64,000 bases of DNA from Candidatus Haiyanarchaeum thermophilum (GTDB lineage Archaea > Nanobdellota > Nanobdellia > JAPDLS01 > Haiyanarchaeaceae): the NCBI GenBank assembly GCA_025920425.1, contig JAPDLS010000001.1, positions 158,435 through 222,434 of the forward strand, in the 5' to 3' direction. A program made the translations under genes and the position numbers. Positions 19,638-29,316 of this stretch are shown here, piece by piece (position 1 is the stretch's first letter; each line of letters begins with the position of its first letter). The notes beneath the pieces are model-generated. The model searched no databases and had not been told where the DNA came from. It worked only from the letters and a program-made list of their open reading frames with translations.

Positions 19638-20204
19638 ATGGGGTTGGAACTGCTCCTCTGGATCTTGATAGGAATAGTAGCTCTAATTTGCATCCTCCTC
19701 TTCATCTTCATCTACAACAACTTCGTGAGGTTAAAGAAAAATATAGAGAAGGCTTGGGCAAACATAGATGTGATCCTAAAACAAAGACATGACGAACTTC
19801 CCAAATTAATTGAAGTATGCAAAGGATATATGCAATATGAGAAAAGTGTACTCGAGGAACTCACCAAGCTGAGAACACAATGGATGAGTGCTACTACTAC
19901 CAGTGAAAGAGCCAGAATCTCAGACCAAATCTCAAAAGCTCTCAAGGAGTTATTTGCGGTTGCTGAAAATTATCCCCAGCTTAAGGCTGATGAAACCTTC
20001 AAGCACTTACAGGTAAGAATCTCTGGACTGGAAAATGAATTAGCTGATAGGAGGGAATTCTACAACGATTGTGTTGCTACATTTAACACTAGGCTGGAGA
20101 GTATTCCCGATAAATGGGTAGGAAAGCTCATGAAGCTTAAACCATTTGAGTTCTTCAAAGTAAGTGAGGAAGAGAAGAGGGACGTGGAGATTAAGCTCAC
20201 TTGA
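19638..20204 (+). CDS. lemA: LemA family protein
   Basis: YNNFV.L...IEKAWANIDV.LKQRHD.LP.L, AVAENYPQLKA, RREFYND.V..FN. Confidence 0.92.
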   Translation: MGLELLLWILIGIVALICILLFIFIYNNFVRLKKNIEKAWANIDVILKQRHDELPKLIEVCKGYMQYEKSVLEELTKLRTQWMSATTTSERARISDQISKALKELFAVAENYPQLKADETFKHLQVRISGLENELADRREFYNDCVATFNTRLESIPDKWVGKLMKLKPFEFFKVSEEEKRDVEIKLT

Positions 20205-20241
20205 TCCTACTTTTTAAAAATTTCATCTCCTTCTTTATTTT

Positions 20242-21273
20242 GTGCAAATAGCTTTCCTCAGTAAGAAGAAGGGAATAGCTAAACTCAAGATAAGTAGACC
20301 TGAGGATTTGTTGACCTTAAAGAGAATTATAAAGGCCGGAGATGTAGTAGAGGCCCTTACTCTAAGAAAAGTAAAGAAAACTCCTGAGCAACAGGAAAAA
20401 TTTAAAAAATTGGTGTTGAGGATAAGGGTCTCAAAAGTGAAATTGTATAGCAATAGGCTTCGTCTTCTAGGTGAGATCTTATGGAGCTCTAAGGAGGATG
20501 CTGTGCCTTTGAAAAGCTATCACTCCATCGATCTCAAGCTTGGAAGTCAGCTCAAGATTTTCAAGACATGGAAGGAATATGAAATCCAACAAATTATGAA
20601 AGCTAGAGAACGTTGTCCAAATATCCTTCTCTGTGCTTTCGATTTTGGAGAGGCAAGTTTTGCTATGTTGGGTCCATCTGGAATTCAACCTATTGGAGAA
20701 ATTTCTGTCCACAAACCTCCAAAAGATAGTAAGGAGTATGAAAGCCTCAGAAAAAAATTCTTCAAGGGATTGGCTGAGAAGCTTATAGAAATGTTCGAAA
20801 GAAAAAAACCAGATGCTATAATCTGTGGAAGCCAGAAGGTGTTCTTAGAAGTACTTAAGGAATATTTACCCCCCGAATTCACCAGCAAGGTTTTGCTTGG
20901 GGAGATCTCCACAAGTGGAATTGCTGGAATCAATGAAATAATTAAACGGGGTTATGTAGAACTGCTCGTTGGAAAGAGTAGGATTGCTGAGGAGGTTAAG
21001 TTGGTCCAAGATTTCATGGTTCACCTAGCCAGAGGTGAGAAATGTGCGAAGGGTTTTGAAGAAGTGAAGAGGGCTCTAGAATACGGGGCTGTACAGTATC
21101 TCCTGATTTCAGAGAAACTCCTGGATGAGAAATTAGAGGAAGTTGAGCCAATCTTGGAGAATGCTGAAAGAACTGGAGCTAAAGTTTACCTAATAAGCCT
21201 CAAACATGAAGCTGGAGAAATGCTCTATTCCATTGGAGGAATAGGAGCAATCTTGAGGTTCGATGTAAAATGA
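20242..21273 (+). CDS. pelA: mRNA surveillance protein Pelota (Dom34)
   Basis: EDL..L..II..GD.V...T.RK, RLRLLG, YHSI, ALEYGAV..LLIS, HEAGEML..IGGIGAILRF. Confidence 0.88.
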   Translation: MQIAFLSKKKGIAKLKISRPEDLLTLKRIIKAGDVVEALTLRKVKKTPEQQEKFKKLVLRIRVSKVKLYSNRLRLLGEILWSSKEDAVPLKSYHSIDLKLGSQLKIFKTWKEYEIQQIMKARERCPNILLCAFDFGEASFAMLGPSGIQPIGEISVHKPPKDSKEYESLRKKFFKGLAEKLIEMFERKKPDAIICGSQKVFLEVLKEYLPPEFTSKVLLGEISTSGIAGINEIIKRGYVELLVGKSRIAEEVKLVQDFMVHLARGEKCAKGFEEVKRALEYGAVQYLLISEKLLDEKLEEVEPILENAERTGAKVYLISLKHEAGEMLYSIGGIGAILRFDVK

Positions 21274-21641
21274 TAAAGTATGGGAGGGAAGCTCTAAGCA
21301 TACTTCTATTAGTTTCCTTTTTCAATGGGCTATGTGCTAAGGCAGGAATTAATCCAGCCCAATCCATTATCCTAACTATCTTTCCCCAGTTAGGAATTTT
21401 AGATCCATGGATCCTACTCTTCATTTCATCACTTCTCTCAGCATTATCCATTGCTGCCCCAATACTAGAAATCATCAGAGGGGCATCCATAAATGGAATC
21501 ATGGGAGTGGTGGCTGTAATTTCCGCATTTACTGCTGGTTATTTGCTTCCAGATAGGAGGTGCATTCTTGCTCTGCTCTCAGCCTTCCTCTTTTTGATGC
21601 TTACTCCGTCTTCCAAAAAGAATCAAAGCACTACCCCATAA
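21270..21641 (+). CDS. Small membrane protein
   Basis: Four hydrophobic segments; ATGA overlap with pelota. Confidence 0.55.
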   Translation: MIKYGREALSILLLVSFFNGLCAKAGINPAQSIILTIFPQLGILDPWILLFISSLLSALSIAAPILEIIRGASINGIMGVVAVISAFTAGYLLPDRRCILALLSAFLFLMLTPSSKKNQSTTP

Positions 21642-22846
21642 CCAATTAATCTCCAGCGATTTTCTATTCTTCTCGAGATCGCTACTTTCTCACCAGGCAA
21701 AATGCAGACAGGGATCTTCAGGGCCACTCGCATTCTATCTCCACTTATACTGTGAATTGTTCCTATACTTTTCATCGTCCAAGCATTAATGGCAAGGATC
21801 TCATTTACCTTAAGGGGCTCTACTTTCATCTCCTCCTTAGTTCCTACTATCCTCTCTAGCTTATGAAACTCGAGATCAAGTTCATAGTATACTGGAAGTT
21901 CGTCTTTGGCTAAACATACTACATTACCACTCAATTTATCTGCTTTGGTAAGATATGGGTCCAATTCGGTTTCTATCCCTATATTTCCCCCAGGTTTAGC
22001 TACTTCCACGAAACCCATGCCGGTATGAATATTTCTTATCTTAGTAAATAGTGGTGTGTATTCATTGCTCTCCTCACTCCTAATCCCTGGAATAATCTTG
22101 ATTTCATCATTTACTCTAAGTACTCCTTGCTTGAGAGCTCCCCCAATTACTCCCCCTCTCAACTCTAGGGGATTAGTTCCAGGCTTATTAACGTCGAAGC
22201 TCCTAGCTATAAGCATGAGTGGCTTCTTGTTCTCATCCCTTTTTGGAGTTTTGATATGTTCCTCTATCTCCTGTATGAGGAGATCTACATTTACTCCTTG
22301 GAGAGCACATACTGGAACAATTGGGGAGTCAGCAGCTATAGTATTGCTTATGAATTTCCTGATCTCCTCATAGTTCTTCATTGCTTCCTCCTTAGTTACT
22401 ACATCTAACTTATTTTGCACGATAACTATCTGGTTCACTCCAATTATTTGTAAAGCTGCTAAGTGCTCTTTGGTTTGAGGCTGAATAGGCTCATTTGCTG
22501 CTATTAGTAGAAGAGCTCCATCCATGAGGGCAGCCCCACTTAACATCGTTGCCATGAGAGTCTCATGGCCAGGAGAATCTACAAAGCTTATGATCCTTAG
22601 GAGCTGGGTAGGTGAACCACACCGTTTACAAATTCTACTTGTGGTATAAGCTTCAGGAGGCTCACACTTAGGACATTTCCTGAACTCAGAGTTAGCATAA
22701 CCCAATCTTATCGTGATTCCTCGCTTCAGTTCTTCGGTATGGCTTAGGGTGAGTTTACCTGTGAGAGTATAAAGTAAAGTAGTTTTACCTGAGCCTGTGT
22801 GACCACATGTGCCAATCGTGATTTCAGCCTGTTTTGGCTCCTCCAC
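21623..22846 (-). CDS. eif2g: Translation initiation factor aIF2 gamma subunit
   Basis: EELKRGITIRLGYA, Zn knuckle CPKC...CKRC, FVDSPGHETLMATMLSGAALMDGA, RSFDVNKPG, WRLIGYG. P-loop is atypical (GHTGSGKT). Confidence 0.95.
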   Translation of the reverse strand: MEEPKQAEITIGTCGHTGSGKTTLLYTLTGKLTLSHTEELKRGITIRLGYANSEFRKCPKCEPPEAYTTSRICKRCGSPTQLLRIISFVDSPGHETLMATMLSGAALMDGALLLIAANEPIQPQTKEHLAALQIIGVNQIVIVQNKLDVVTKEEAMKNYEEIRKFISNTIAADSPIVPVCALQGVNVDLLIQEIEEHIKTPKRDENKKPLMLIARSFDVNKPGTNPLELRGGVIGGALKQGVLRVNDEIKIIPGIRSEESNEYTPLFTKIRNIHTGMGFVEVAKPGGNIGIETELDPYLTKADKLSGNVVCLAKDELPVYYELDLEFHKLERIVGTKEEMKVEPLKVNEILAINAWTMKSIGTIHSISGDRMRVALKIPVCILPGEKVAISRRIENRWRLIGYGVVL

Positions 22847-23222
22847 TACCCTCCCCTTTGAACAACTCCTCTAGACTCACATCTCCGTATTTTATTACCT
22901 TAAGATTTACTTGGGCTATATCACTACTTATTGTATTTCCCCTTACCGTCTTCCTCCTCCTTTCCCCCTTCCTCCTCGGATGAAATCCTGGAGGACCTGA
23001 GAGAAGTACCCTTGCCCTTCTTACTCCCTCTACGCTCTTTAGCATTGGAAAGCCATCTTTGTCAGTTCCTCCCCTTATCTCCAATTCATAGCCTGGAAGT
23101 TTAATTATGTCTCCGATGATCTTTTCACCAATTTTTCTCCCATACAATGCTGCTTCCTCCTCCGGAGTAAGCTCACGCTGATAGTTTTTTCCTGTCTTTG
23201 GATCATTTACTACGATTTTCAT
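22824..23222 (-). CDS. rps6e: 30S ribosomal protein S6e
   Basis: GYELEIRGGTDKDGFPM, GERRRKTVRGN.I..DIAQVN. Confidence 0.96.
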   Translation of the reverse strand: MKIVVNDPKTGKNYQRELTPEEEAALYGRKIGEKIIGDIIKLPGYELEIRGGTDKDGFPMLKSVEGVRRARVLLSGPPGFHPRRKGERRRKTVRGNTISSDIAQVNLKVIKYGDVSLEELFKGEGSGGAKTG

Positions 23223-23240
23223 CCATAATAGGAATGAGAA

Positions 23241-25031
23241 TTAACTTTTTAACTTTACCCCCCACAAAGGATCTTTACTTCTCTTCAACTCAACCACTTT
23301 CTCCAGTACAGCTCTTTCATTCTCGGTTAAAAGATCTTGGAGTTTTGTGAGGATGGAATATTCTTCCTCGCTTATATCTGAAATGAGAACTGATCCCTCC
23401 TTCACATTCCTCCCTATCACGGCTCCATCGATTGAAACTGCAACTCTCTCTCCCTCCCTAGCTTCAGGTAGTTCTTGACCCATTTGCTCCACTCTCTGAA
23501 TTATACCGATTGGCTTTCCATCTTCCCTCATTACTTTATAATTGCTCCTTATCTTCCCAGCAAGTACTTCAATTCCAACTATTGCTGGTTTGCTCTGTCT
23601 AAATATAAATCCAGGTAATACTCTGATCTTAAATGGAGTCGTCACTTTCTCTAGCTGTCTCCTCTTCTCCTCCTCCACAGCTCTCTTTACCCACTCCTCA
23701 TATTCCTCTGCCAATTTGTAGATTACATTGCTCCTCAACAATTTTATTCCATGAGAGACTGCCATATTCTCAACTTCTCTACTTACCTTCACATTGAACA
23801 ACATGATCACTCCATAGAATAAGTTCTTCCTCCTCATTTCTATTGCCTCTATCAGATCGTTCCTATTTGGTTCACCTATCTCTGCCTTCCTCACCTTGAT
23901 TCCATTTCTTCTAAGGATACTTACAATTGCCTCAAGCGTTCCAAGTGTATCAGCTTTTACGATAACTCCTTCCTCATCCACTTCAATTGATGATCCACTC
24001 ACTTCCCTCTCTATTCTCTTCTTCGCCTCCCCTATTTCATTTTCAGCACACCCTATAAATGGCATTCCTGCTATTACATCTTCTACATTGCTCGCTATGA
24101 GCTTTATTCCACATGCAGATAGAGCCTCATCTACTTCGTAGAATCTGCACTTTTCCCTCATATCCTGTAACGGCATTGGCTTTAGAATGGCTTTTACTCT
24201 TGAGACTATGGCTCCTTTACTGCTTCCGATTACTATCCAATCTCCCACACGAAGCTTTCCTCTATATAAGATCACATTCAAAGTTTTACCGACTCCTTTC
24301 TCCTCCTTCACTTCCAGTACGTTACCTTCAGCCCTAGCATCTAACTCTAGTTTCAATTTCTCTGGAAGGAATTTCTGGGCATACCCTATAATAAGAAGGA
24401 GCAATTCTCCTATCCCCTCTCCACTCACTCCAGAACATGGAACAATTGGAATGGTCTGAGCATAATCTCTTACTCGACTGAAGAGATCTGCATTCAACTG
24501 AAGTTTAGCCAATTGGTCAGTTATTAGGGCTATCTTCTTCTCCAACTCAAATTTCACCTCATCTGTTTGCTGCTCCAAGCTCTTGGAGAAGCAGAATGTA
24601 CTTCTCGTTCTCCAACCAGGCAGGGTATCGATCTTCGTAAGGGCAATGAAGAATGGTACCTGAAATGCTCTGCTTATTTCTATTGCCTCTCTCGTCTGTT
24701 CCTGAACTCCCTCATTTATATCCACTACCACTATAGCTATGTCAGCAATACTTCCCCCTCTCCTCCTCAAATTGGTAAAGGCTTCATGTCCTGGAGTATC
24801 TATAAAGAGAATGCTTCTTATCTTGATTTCTACCCTGAAGCCCTTAATTATCTCTCCGCAGATCCTCTCTACGAATTCTATTGGAATCTCAGTAGCTCCA
24901 ATATGTTGGGTAATCCCACCAATCTCTTTTTGAGCAATGGCAGTACCCCTAATTTTATCCAAAAGCGTAGTTTTCCCAGCATCTATGTGTCCAAGTACAG
25001 TAACTATCGGTGCCCTGAGCATAAGTTTCAT
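23241..25031 (-). CDS. infB: Translation initiation factor aIF5B (IF-2)
   Basis: LRAPIVTVLGHIDAGKTTLLDKIR, GGITQHIGAT, DTPGHEAFTNLRRRGG, KADTLGTLEA, FRQSKPAIVG. Confidence 0.96.
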   Translation of the reverse strand: MKLMLRAPIVTVLGHIDAGKTTLLDKIRGTAIAQKEIGGITQHIGATEIPIEFVERICGEIIKGFRVEIKIRSILFIDTPGHEAFTNLRRRGGSIADIAIVVVDINEGVQEQTREAIEISRAFQVPFFIALTKIDTLPGWRTRSTFCFSKSLEQQTDEVKFELEKKIALITDQLAKLQLNADLFSRVRDYAQTIPIVPCSGVSGEGIGELLLLIIGYAQKFLPEKLKLELDARAEGNVLEVKEEKGVGKTLNVILYRGKLRVGDWIVIGSSKGAIVSRVKAILKPMPLQDMREKCRFYEVDEALSACGIKLIASNVEDVIAGMPFIGCAENEIGEAKKRIEREVSGSSIEVDEEGVIVKADTLGTLEAIVSILRRNGIKVRKAEIGEPNRNDLIEAIEMRRKNLFYGVIMLFNVKVSREVENMAVSHGIKLLRSNVIYKLAEEYEEWVKRAVEEEKRRQLEKVTTPFKIRVLPGFIFRQSKPAIVGIEVLAGKIRSNYKVMREDGKPIGIIQRVEQMGQELPEAREGERVAVSIDGAVIGRNVKEGSVLISDISEEEYSILTKLQDLLTENERAVLEKVVELKRSKDPLWGVKLKS

Positions 25032-25078
25032 AAGAATGAGGAGATAAAAAAGTTTTTAGTGGAAAGCTTAGTTCATTT

Positions 25079-25375
25079 ATGCTGGCAGAAAAAATATTCT
25101 CATTAGTAAAGCAGATTCCTAAGGGAAAAGTAACCACTTATGCTGAACTCGCTAAAGCGATAGGAAACAAAAAGCTGGCAAGAGTGGTGGGAAGAATTCT
25201 TTCTAAAAATCCAAAACCAATTGAGATTCCATGCCACCGGGTGGTAAGAAGTGATGGAGGAGTTGGGGGATATAAGTGGGGGGTAATTAAGAAGATTGAG
25301 CTCCTGAGGAATGAAGGAATAGAAGTAAAAAATGGAAAAATTGTTAAGCTGGAAAAGTATTTCTACAGGTTCTAA
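25079..25375 (+). CDS. ogt: Methylated-DNA--protein-cysteine methyltransferase (C-terminal domain only)
   Basis: IPKGKVTTY..LA, ARVVG, IPCHRVV active site, GGY.WG...K..LL.NEG. Confidence 0.88.
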   Translation: MLAEKIFSLVKQIPKGKVTTYAELAKAIGNKKLARVVGRILSKNPKPIEIPCHRVVRSDGGVGGYKWGVIKKIELLRNEGIEVKNGKIVKLEKYFYRF

Positions 25376-25376
25376 T

Positions 25377-26150
25377 TTACCTCGCTAACCCAAGAAATCT
25401 AAGGATCCTAGAAATTGCACTTTCCTTCCGTACTTTTACCCTTCTTATTCCTAAGAGCTTTTCGGCAAGCTTCATGAACGCTGAAGCTGCTTTAGATTCT
25501 GGATAGGCCTCGACCACAGGGATACGTTTCACTATGGCTTTCTTTACATTCTCATCTTCTGGGATTATAGAGATGATTGGGGCCTCCAAGAAGCTTTCTA
25601 TATGTTTTGGTCTAAGCTCCCAACTCTTTCCAGAATATCTGTTAAGTATTACATTTATATTCTTCGCCCAATTTCTTCTAGTAAATTCTATTACCCTTAG
25701 TGCCTCTACAGTGGCTGGAAGCTCTGGATTTGTAACCACCAACAACTCATTTCCAGCATCTAGTGCATCTATCGTATCCTCATTTAGGCCTGGAGGGGCA
25801 TCTATTAGGATAAAATCAGATGTACCAATAAGATCCACTATCAAATTTGTTAAATTTTTCTTCTCCTTGAACTTCAGATCTCTTAGGGAAATGCTTGCGG
25901 GGATTACCTTAACTCCAAGATAATGGAGATATACTGCTTCCTTTATCGAGATCTTTCCCTTCATAGCATCATGTAATGTGGTAGGAGTGATTGGAATGTT
26001 CATGTGAAGATAAATGTTAGGAGAAGTAAGGTTTGCATCGATAATCGTCACATCTTTATTGAGCTTATAGAGGGCATGAGAAAGATTTACTGTGACAGTG
26101 GTTTTACCCACTCCCCCTTTACCACTCGCTATTGTAATTATCCTCGTCAC
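25377..26150 (-). CDS. minD: MinD/ParA-family ATPase (archaeal MinD)
   Basis: SGKGGVGKTT, DAPPG, VTNPE, IPEDENV. Start moved to GTG 26150 because the ORF-track start lies inside tRNA-Phe. Confidence 0.88.
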   Translation of the reverse strand: MTRIITIASGKGGVGKTTVTVNLSHALYKLNKDVTIIDANLTSPNIYLHMNIPITPTTLHDAMKGKISIKEAVYLHYLGVKVIPASISLRDLKFKEKKNLTNLIVDLIGTSDFILIDAPPGLNEDTIDALDAGNELLVVTNPELPATVEALRVIEFTRRNWAKNINVILNRYSGKSWELRPKHIESFLEAPIISIIPEDENVKKAIVKRIPVVEAYPESKAASAFMKLAEKLLGIRRVKVRKESAISRILRFLGLAR

Positions 26151-26189
26151 AATCTTCTTGAACCCAACTTCATAAATAAACTTTACTAT

Positions 26190-26263
26190 TGGGACCGCGG
26201 GGATTTGAACCCCGGACACAGCGGTCTTCAGCCGCTCGCGCTCCCGGGCTGCGCTACGGTCCC
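26190..26263 (-). tRNA. tRNA-Phe(GAA)
   Basis: Reverse complement: acceptor GGGACCG/CGGTCCC-A, anticodon arm AGCGG-CT GAA GA-CCGCT, T-arm CGGGG-TTCAAAT-CCCCG. Confidence 0.95.
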
Positions 26264-26301
26264 AAGTAATTATTAAAAGCCGTACCTTACTTTAAAAATT
26301 T

Positions 26302-26925
26302 ATGTACTACGATTTTTTCGTAAAGCTCAGGGGAGATGATCTACTGAGAGGAATTAATTTTCTTAGAACTCATGGGTTCGTTGGAGCATGCTTCTTTGAA
26401 GAATTTCCAGAGAATGTCGAGAAATTTCAGGTACTTAAAGGAGTGGAGCTGGAGGCCAATTCTGTGAGAGAACTCAAATCTTTACTTAAATCGAAGAATG
26501 GAAACTTCACAGTGCTTACTACTAATAACTATAATCTGTTAAAAATAGCATGTCAAAAGGGACTAGTAGATGCCATTCACACAGATGAAATCAATGAGGT
26601 AATAGCTAAATTCGCTGCTCAGACGAAAGTATCTTTGCTCATAGATTTCCGTCGCCTCCTCACAGCAAAAGATAGGAGTGTAAGATTCTACCAAATGGAA
26701 AGAAGTTGCAGTATAGCTCAGAAAAAGAAGATGCCTATCATTATAGGAAGTGGTGCTACTAATTACTTTGAACTTAGAGCTCTGAGCAATCTTCTCTCTT
26801 TTTCGCGTCTGCTTGGAATAAAAAGATATAAGGAACCATTTTACTTACCTCAGCTAGAGATAATTAAGAGGGAGAAAGCTAGGGTAGAGGGAAAATATGT
26901 TATGCCGGGAGTGGTAATAGAATGA
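26302..26925 (+). CDS. rnp3: RNase P protein Rpp30
   Basis: PIIIGSGA...FELR, ends YVMPGV; first gene of the RNase P/proteasome/exosome superoperon. Confidence 0.8.
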   Translation: MYYDFFVKLRGDDLLRGINFLRTHGFVGACFFEEFPENVEKFQVLKGVELEANSVRELKSLLKSKNGNFTVLTTNNYNLLKIACQKGLVDAIHTDEINEVIAKFAAQTKVSLLIDFRRLLTAKDRSVRFYQMERSCSIAQKKKMPIIIGSGATNYFELRALSNLLSFSRLLGIKRYKEPFYLPQLEIIKREKARVEGKYVMPGVVIE

Positions 26926-27233
26926 GGGAGAAGAAGAGGTATGTATTAGTTGAAATCTATACGGAAGGAGATGTAGATATTTTATCTGTTTTTAACCTCA
27001 TAAGATCCCAGCTCAAAAGTTTTATAGGGGAACAAAGATTCGGAGCTGCTAAGCTTCAGTTCATAGAGAGGAGTGGAAATTTCATGATAATGAAAGTAGG
27101 TCATAGGTTTGTAGATGAACTCAAGCTCTCTCTAAGCCTAGTTTCTCAAGCTAACAATAAATTTATTAATTTAGCTGTTCTTTATGTAAGTGGGAGTTTA
27201 AGGAAGATAAGGGAAATTATGAGAGGTGCATAA
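26922..27233 (+). CDS. rnp2: RNase P protein Pop5/Rpp14
   Basis: MREKKRY, VLYVSGSLRK; conserved position before psmA. Confidence 0.85.
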   Translation: MREKKRYVLVEIYTEGDVDILSVFNLIRSQLKSFIGEQRFGAAKLQFIERSGNFMIMKVGHRFVDELKLSLSLVSQANNKFINLAVLYVSGSLRKIREIMRGA

Positions 27234-27235
27234 AT

Positions 27236-27949
27236 ATGCCTGCATTGCCTTCAGAGATCTTAGGATATGATAGAGCAATTACCATTTTTTCCCCAGATGG
27301 AAGACTGCTCCAAGTAGAATATGCTAGGAAAACAGTAGAGCAAGGTGCCCTTACCATAGGAATAGTCACAAAAGAGGGAGTAGTACTAATTGCAGACAAG
27401 AGAATCTTCGAAAAATTAGTAGTTCCGGAAAGTGTTGAGAAAATCTTTCAGATAGATGAGCATATAGGGGCTACAATGAGTGGCCTCATCTCGGACGGAA
27501 GGGTGTTAATAGAGAGGTCTCAAGAAGAGGCGCAAAGACATAGATTGATCTATGATGAACCAATCAGGGTGATAGATGTAGTTAAAGATATATGTGATAT
27601 TAAACAATACTATACTCAGTTCTCGGGTGCTAGACCTTTCGGAGTAAGTCTAGTAATAGGGGGTGTGGATAGTGAACCTAGACTTTTCCTCACCGAGCCC
27701 AGCGGAATTTTTTATGAATATAAGGCTACTGCTGTAGGAGAGAATGCTGAAACAGCTAATAAAGTGTTGGAGGAAAACTACGATGAGAATGCAACACTTG
27801 AGGATGGAATTAAACTAGGCATCAAGGCACTGAAAAGTGCACTTGGAAACAAATTTAAAAAGGAGAGAATTGAAATAGCCGTAATACCTACTTCCACTAA
27901 GAAGTTCAGAAAGCTGAGTAAGGAAGAGATAAATAGATTAGTGAAATAA
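27236..27949 (+). CDS. psmA: Proteasome alpha subunit
   Basis: GYDRAITIFSPDGRLLQVEYA, YTQ..GARPFGVSL. Confidence 0.97.
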   Translation: MPALPSEILGYDRAITIFSPDGRLLQVEYARKTVEQGALTIGIVTKEGVVLIADKRIFEKLVVPESVEKIFQIDEHIGATMSGLISDGRVLIERSQEEAQRHRLIYDEPIRVIDVVKDICDIKQYYTQFSGARPFGVSLVIGGVDSEPRLFLTEPSGIFYEYKATAVGENAETANKVLEENYDENATLEDGIKLGIKALKSALGNKFKKERIEIAVIPTSTKKFRKLSKEEINRLVK

Positions 27950-27951
27950 GT

Positions 27952-28641
27952 ATGGGAGGAGAGAAGGCTGTAATTGCTAGATTGAGAAAGGGTAGTAAAA
28001 ATTTTGAGATCCTAGTTGAATGTGATAAGGCTATGGAATTTAGAAAGGATCCAAGTAAAGTGGATATAAGGGAAATACTTGTGGTTCCTGAGATTTTCAA
28101 AGATGCTAGGAAGGGGGATAGGGCTGGAGGACTTAAAGAAGAGTTTGGCACCGATGATGTCTTTGAGATAGCTAAACGAATCGTACTGGAAGGGGAAGTT
28201 CAGCTTACAGCTGAGTATAAGAAAAAATTGGAAGAGGAGAAGAGAAGAAGGATAATTTCACTTATAGCAATGAATGCAATTGATGCTCGTACTGAAAAGC
28301 CCATTCCCGAGAAGAGGATAGAAATAGCTCTGCAGGAGGCAAAAGTACATATAGATCCATTTAAGGAGCCAGAGGAGCAAGTAAAGGAAGTGGTGGAGAA
28401 GCTTAGGCAGATAATTCCACTAAAGTTCGAAGAAGTTAGGATAAAAAGCATAATTCCTCCCCAATATGCAGGGAAAGCATATGGTCAAATCCAAAAACTC
28501 GGAGAGGTGGAGAAGATGGAATGGTTGAATGATGGATCACTGCTCTCCATAATTAAGGTCCCTGCAGGAATGCAAGTAGAAGTGATCAATAAGCTCAATA
28601 AACTCTCATCGAATAATGCCCATGTAGAGGTGATTAGATGA
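27952..28641 (+). CDS. Ribosome maturation factor SBDS/Sdo1
   Basis: ARL.KG..NFEILV, IFKDA.KG, GEVQLTAE, HIDPFK..EEQ. Confidence 0.94.
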   Translation: MGGEKAVIARLRKGSKNFEILVECDKAMEFRKDPSKVDIREILVVPEIFKDARKGDRAGGLKEEFGTDDVFEIAKRIVLEGEVQLTAEYKKKLEEEKRRRIISLIAMNAIDARTEKPIPEKRIEIALQEAKVHIDPFKEPEEQVKEVVEKLRQIIPLKFEEVRIKSIIPPQYAGKAYGQIQKLGEVEKMEWLNDGSLLSIIKVPAGMQVEVINKLNKLSSNNAHVEVIR

Positions 28642-29315
28642 GGATATACTTCAAGAACAAGGATATAGTAATTCCTGGAGAATTGATCGCTGAAGGGGAA
28701 ATAGAAGCTTCAGGAGGAGTCTATCGTGAAGGGAATAGGGTCTATGCAAGTAAGATAGGCCTACTCGAGGTGGAGGGAGATTCTATTAAAGTAGTTCCTT
28801 TAGCCGGCAAATATGTACCTAATAAGAATGACTTAGTAATAGGAAAAATAGTGGATATAGGTTTCTCTGGATGGAGTGTAGATATAGGAGCCCCTTATTT
28901 AGCTAACCTTCCTATTGGGGAAGTGTCAAGTGAATTTGTAGATCTTCTCAAAGTTGACCTCAGCAAGTTCTTCGATATAAATGACATTATCCTAGCTAGA
29001 GTAATCAATGTACCAAAATCTAAGATCATCCAACTTAGCACGAAGAATGTCTTCCCCAAAAAGTTGGAAGGGGGAAAAATAATAAAGATCACTCCATGTA
29101 AAATTCCTAGGGTGATAGGAAGGAAGGGAAGCATGATTAATATGATCAAAGAATATACTAAGTGTGAAATTATTCCAGGTCAAAACGGCTGGATCTGGAT
29201 CAAGGGAACGTTAGCTGGAGAAATTAAGGCGACGAAAGCCATATTAACTATAGAGAAGGAATCCCACATTTCAGGATTGACTAAGAAGATCAAAGAGATG
29301 CTGGAGGGCGAATAA
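28638..29315 (+). CDS. rrp4: Exosome RNA-binding subunit Rrp4
   Basis: VIPGE, PL.GKYVP...D.VIG, KH domain PRVIGRKGSMI, GQNGWIW, ESH.SGLT. Confidence 0.95.
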   Translation: MRIYFKNKDIVIPGELIAEGEIEASGGVYREGNRVYASKIGLLEVEGDSIKVVPLAGKYVPNKNDLVIGKIVDIGFSGWSVDIGAPYLANLPIGEVSSEFVDLLKVDLSKFFDINDIILARVINVPKSKIIQLSTKNVFPKKLEGGKIIKITPCKIPRVIGRKGSMINMIKEYTKCEIIPGQNGWIWIKGTLAGEIKATKAILTIEKESHISGLTKKIKEMLEGE

Positions 29316-29316
29316 A

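Noticed and set aside
26190-26263. tRNA-Phe acceptor stem GGGACCG differs from the common GCC-start
   Set aside because: Stem pairs perfectly and anticodon and discriminator are normal; no support for recoding.
26151-26276. N-terminal extension of MinD (start 26219) and ORF 26004-26276
   Set aside because: Both overlap tRNA-Phe; MinD homology starts at GTG 26150.
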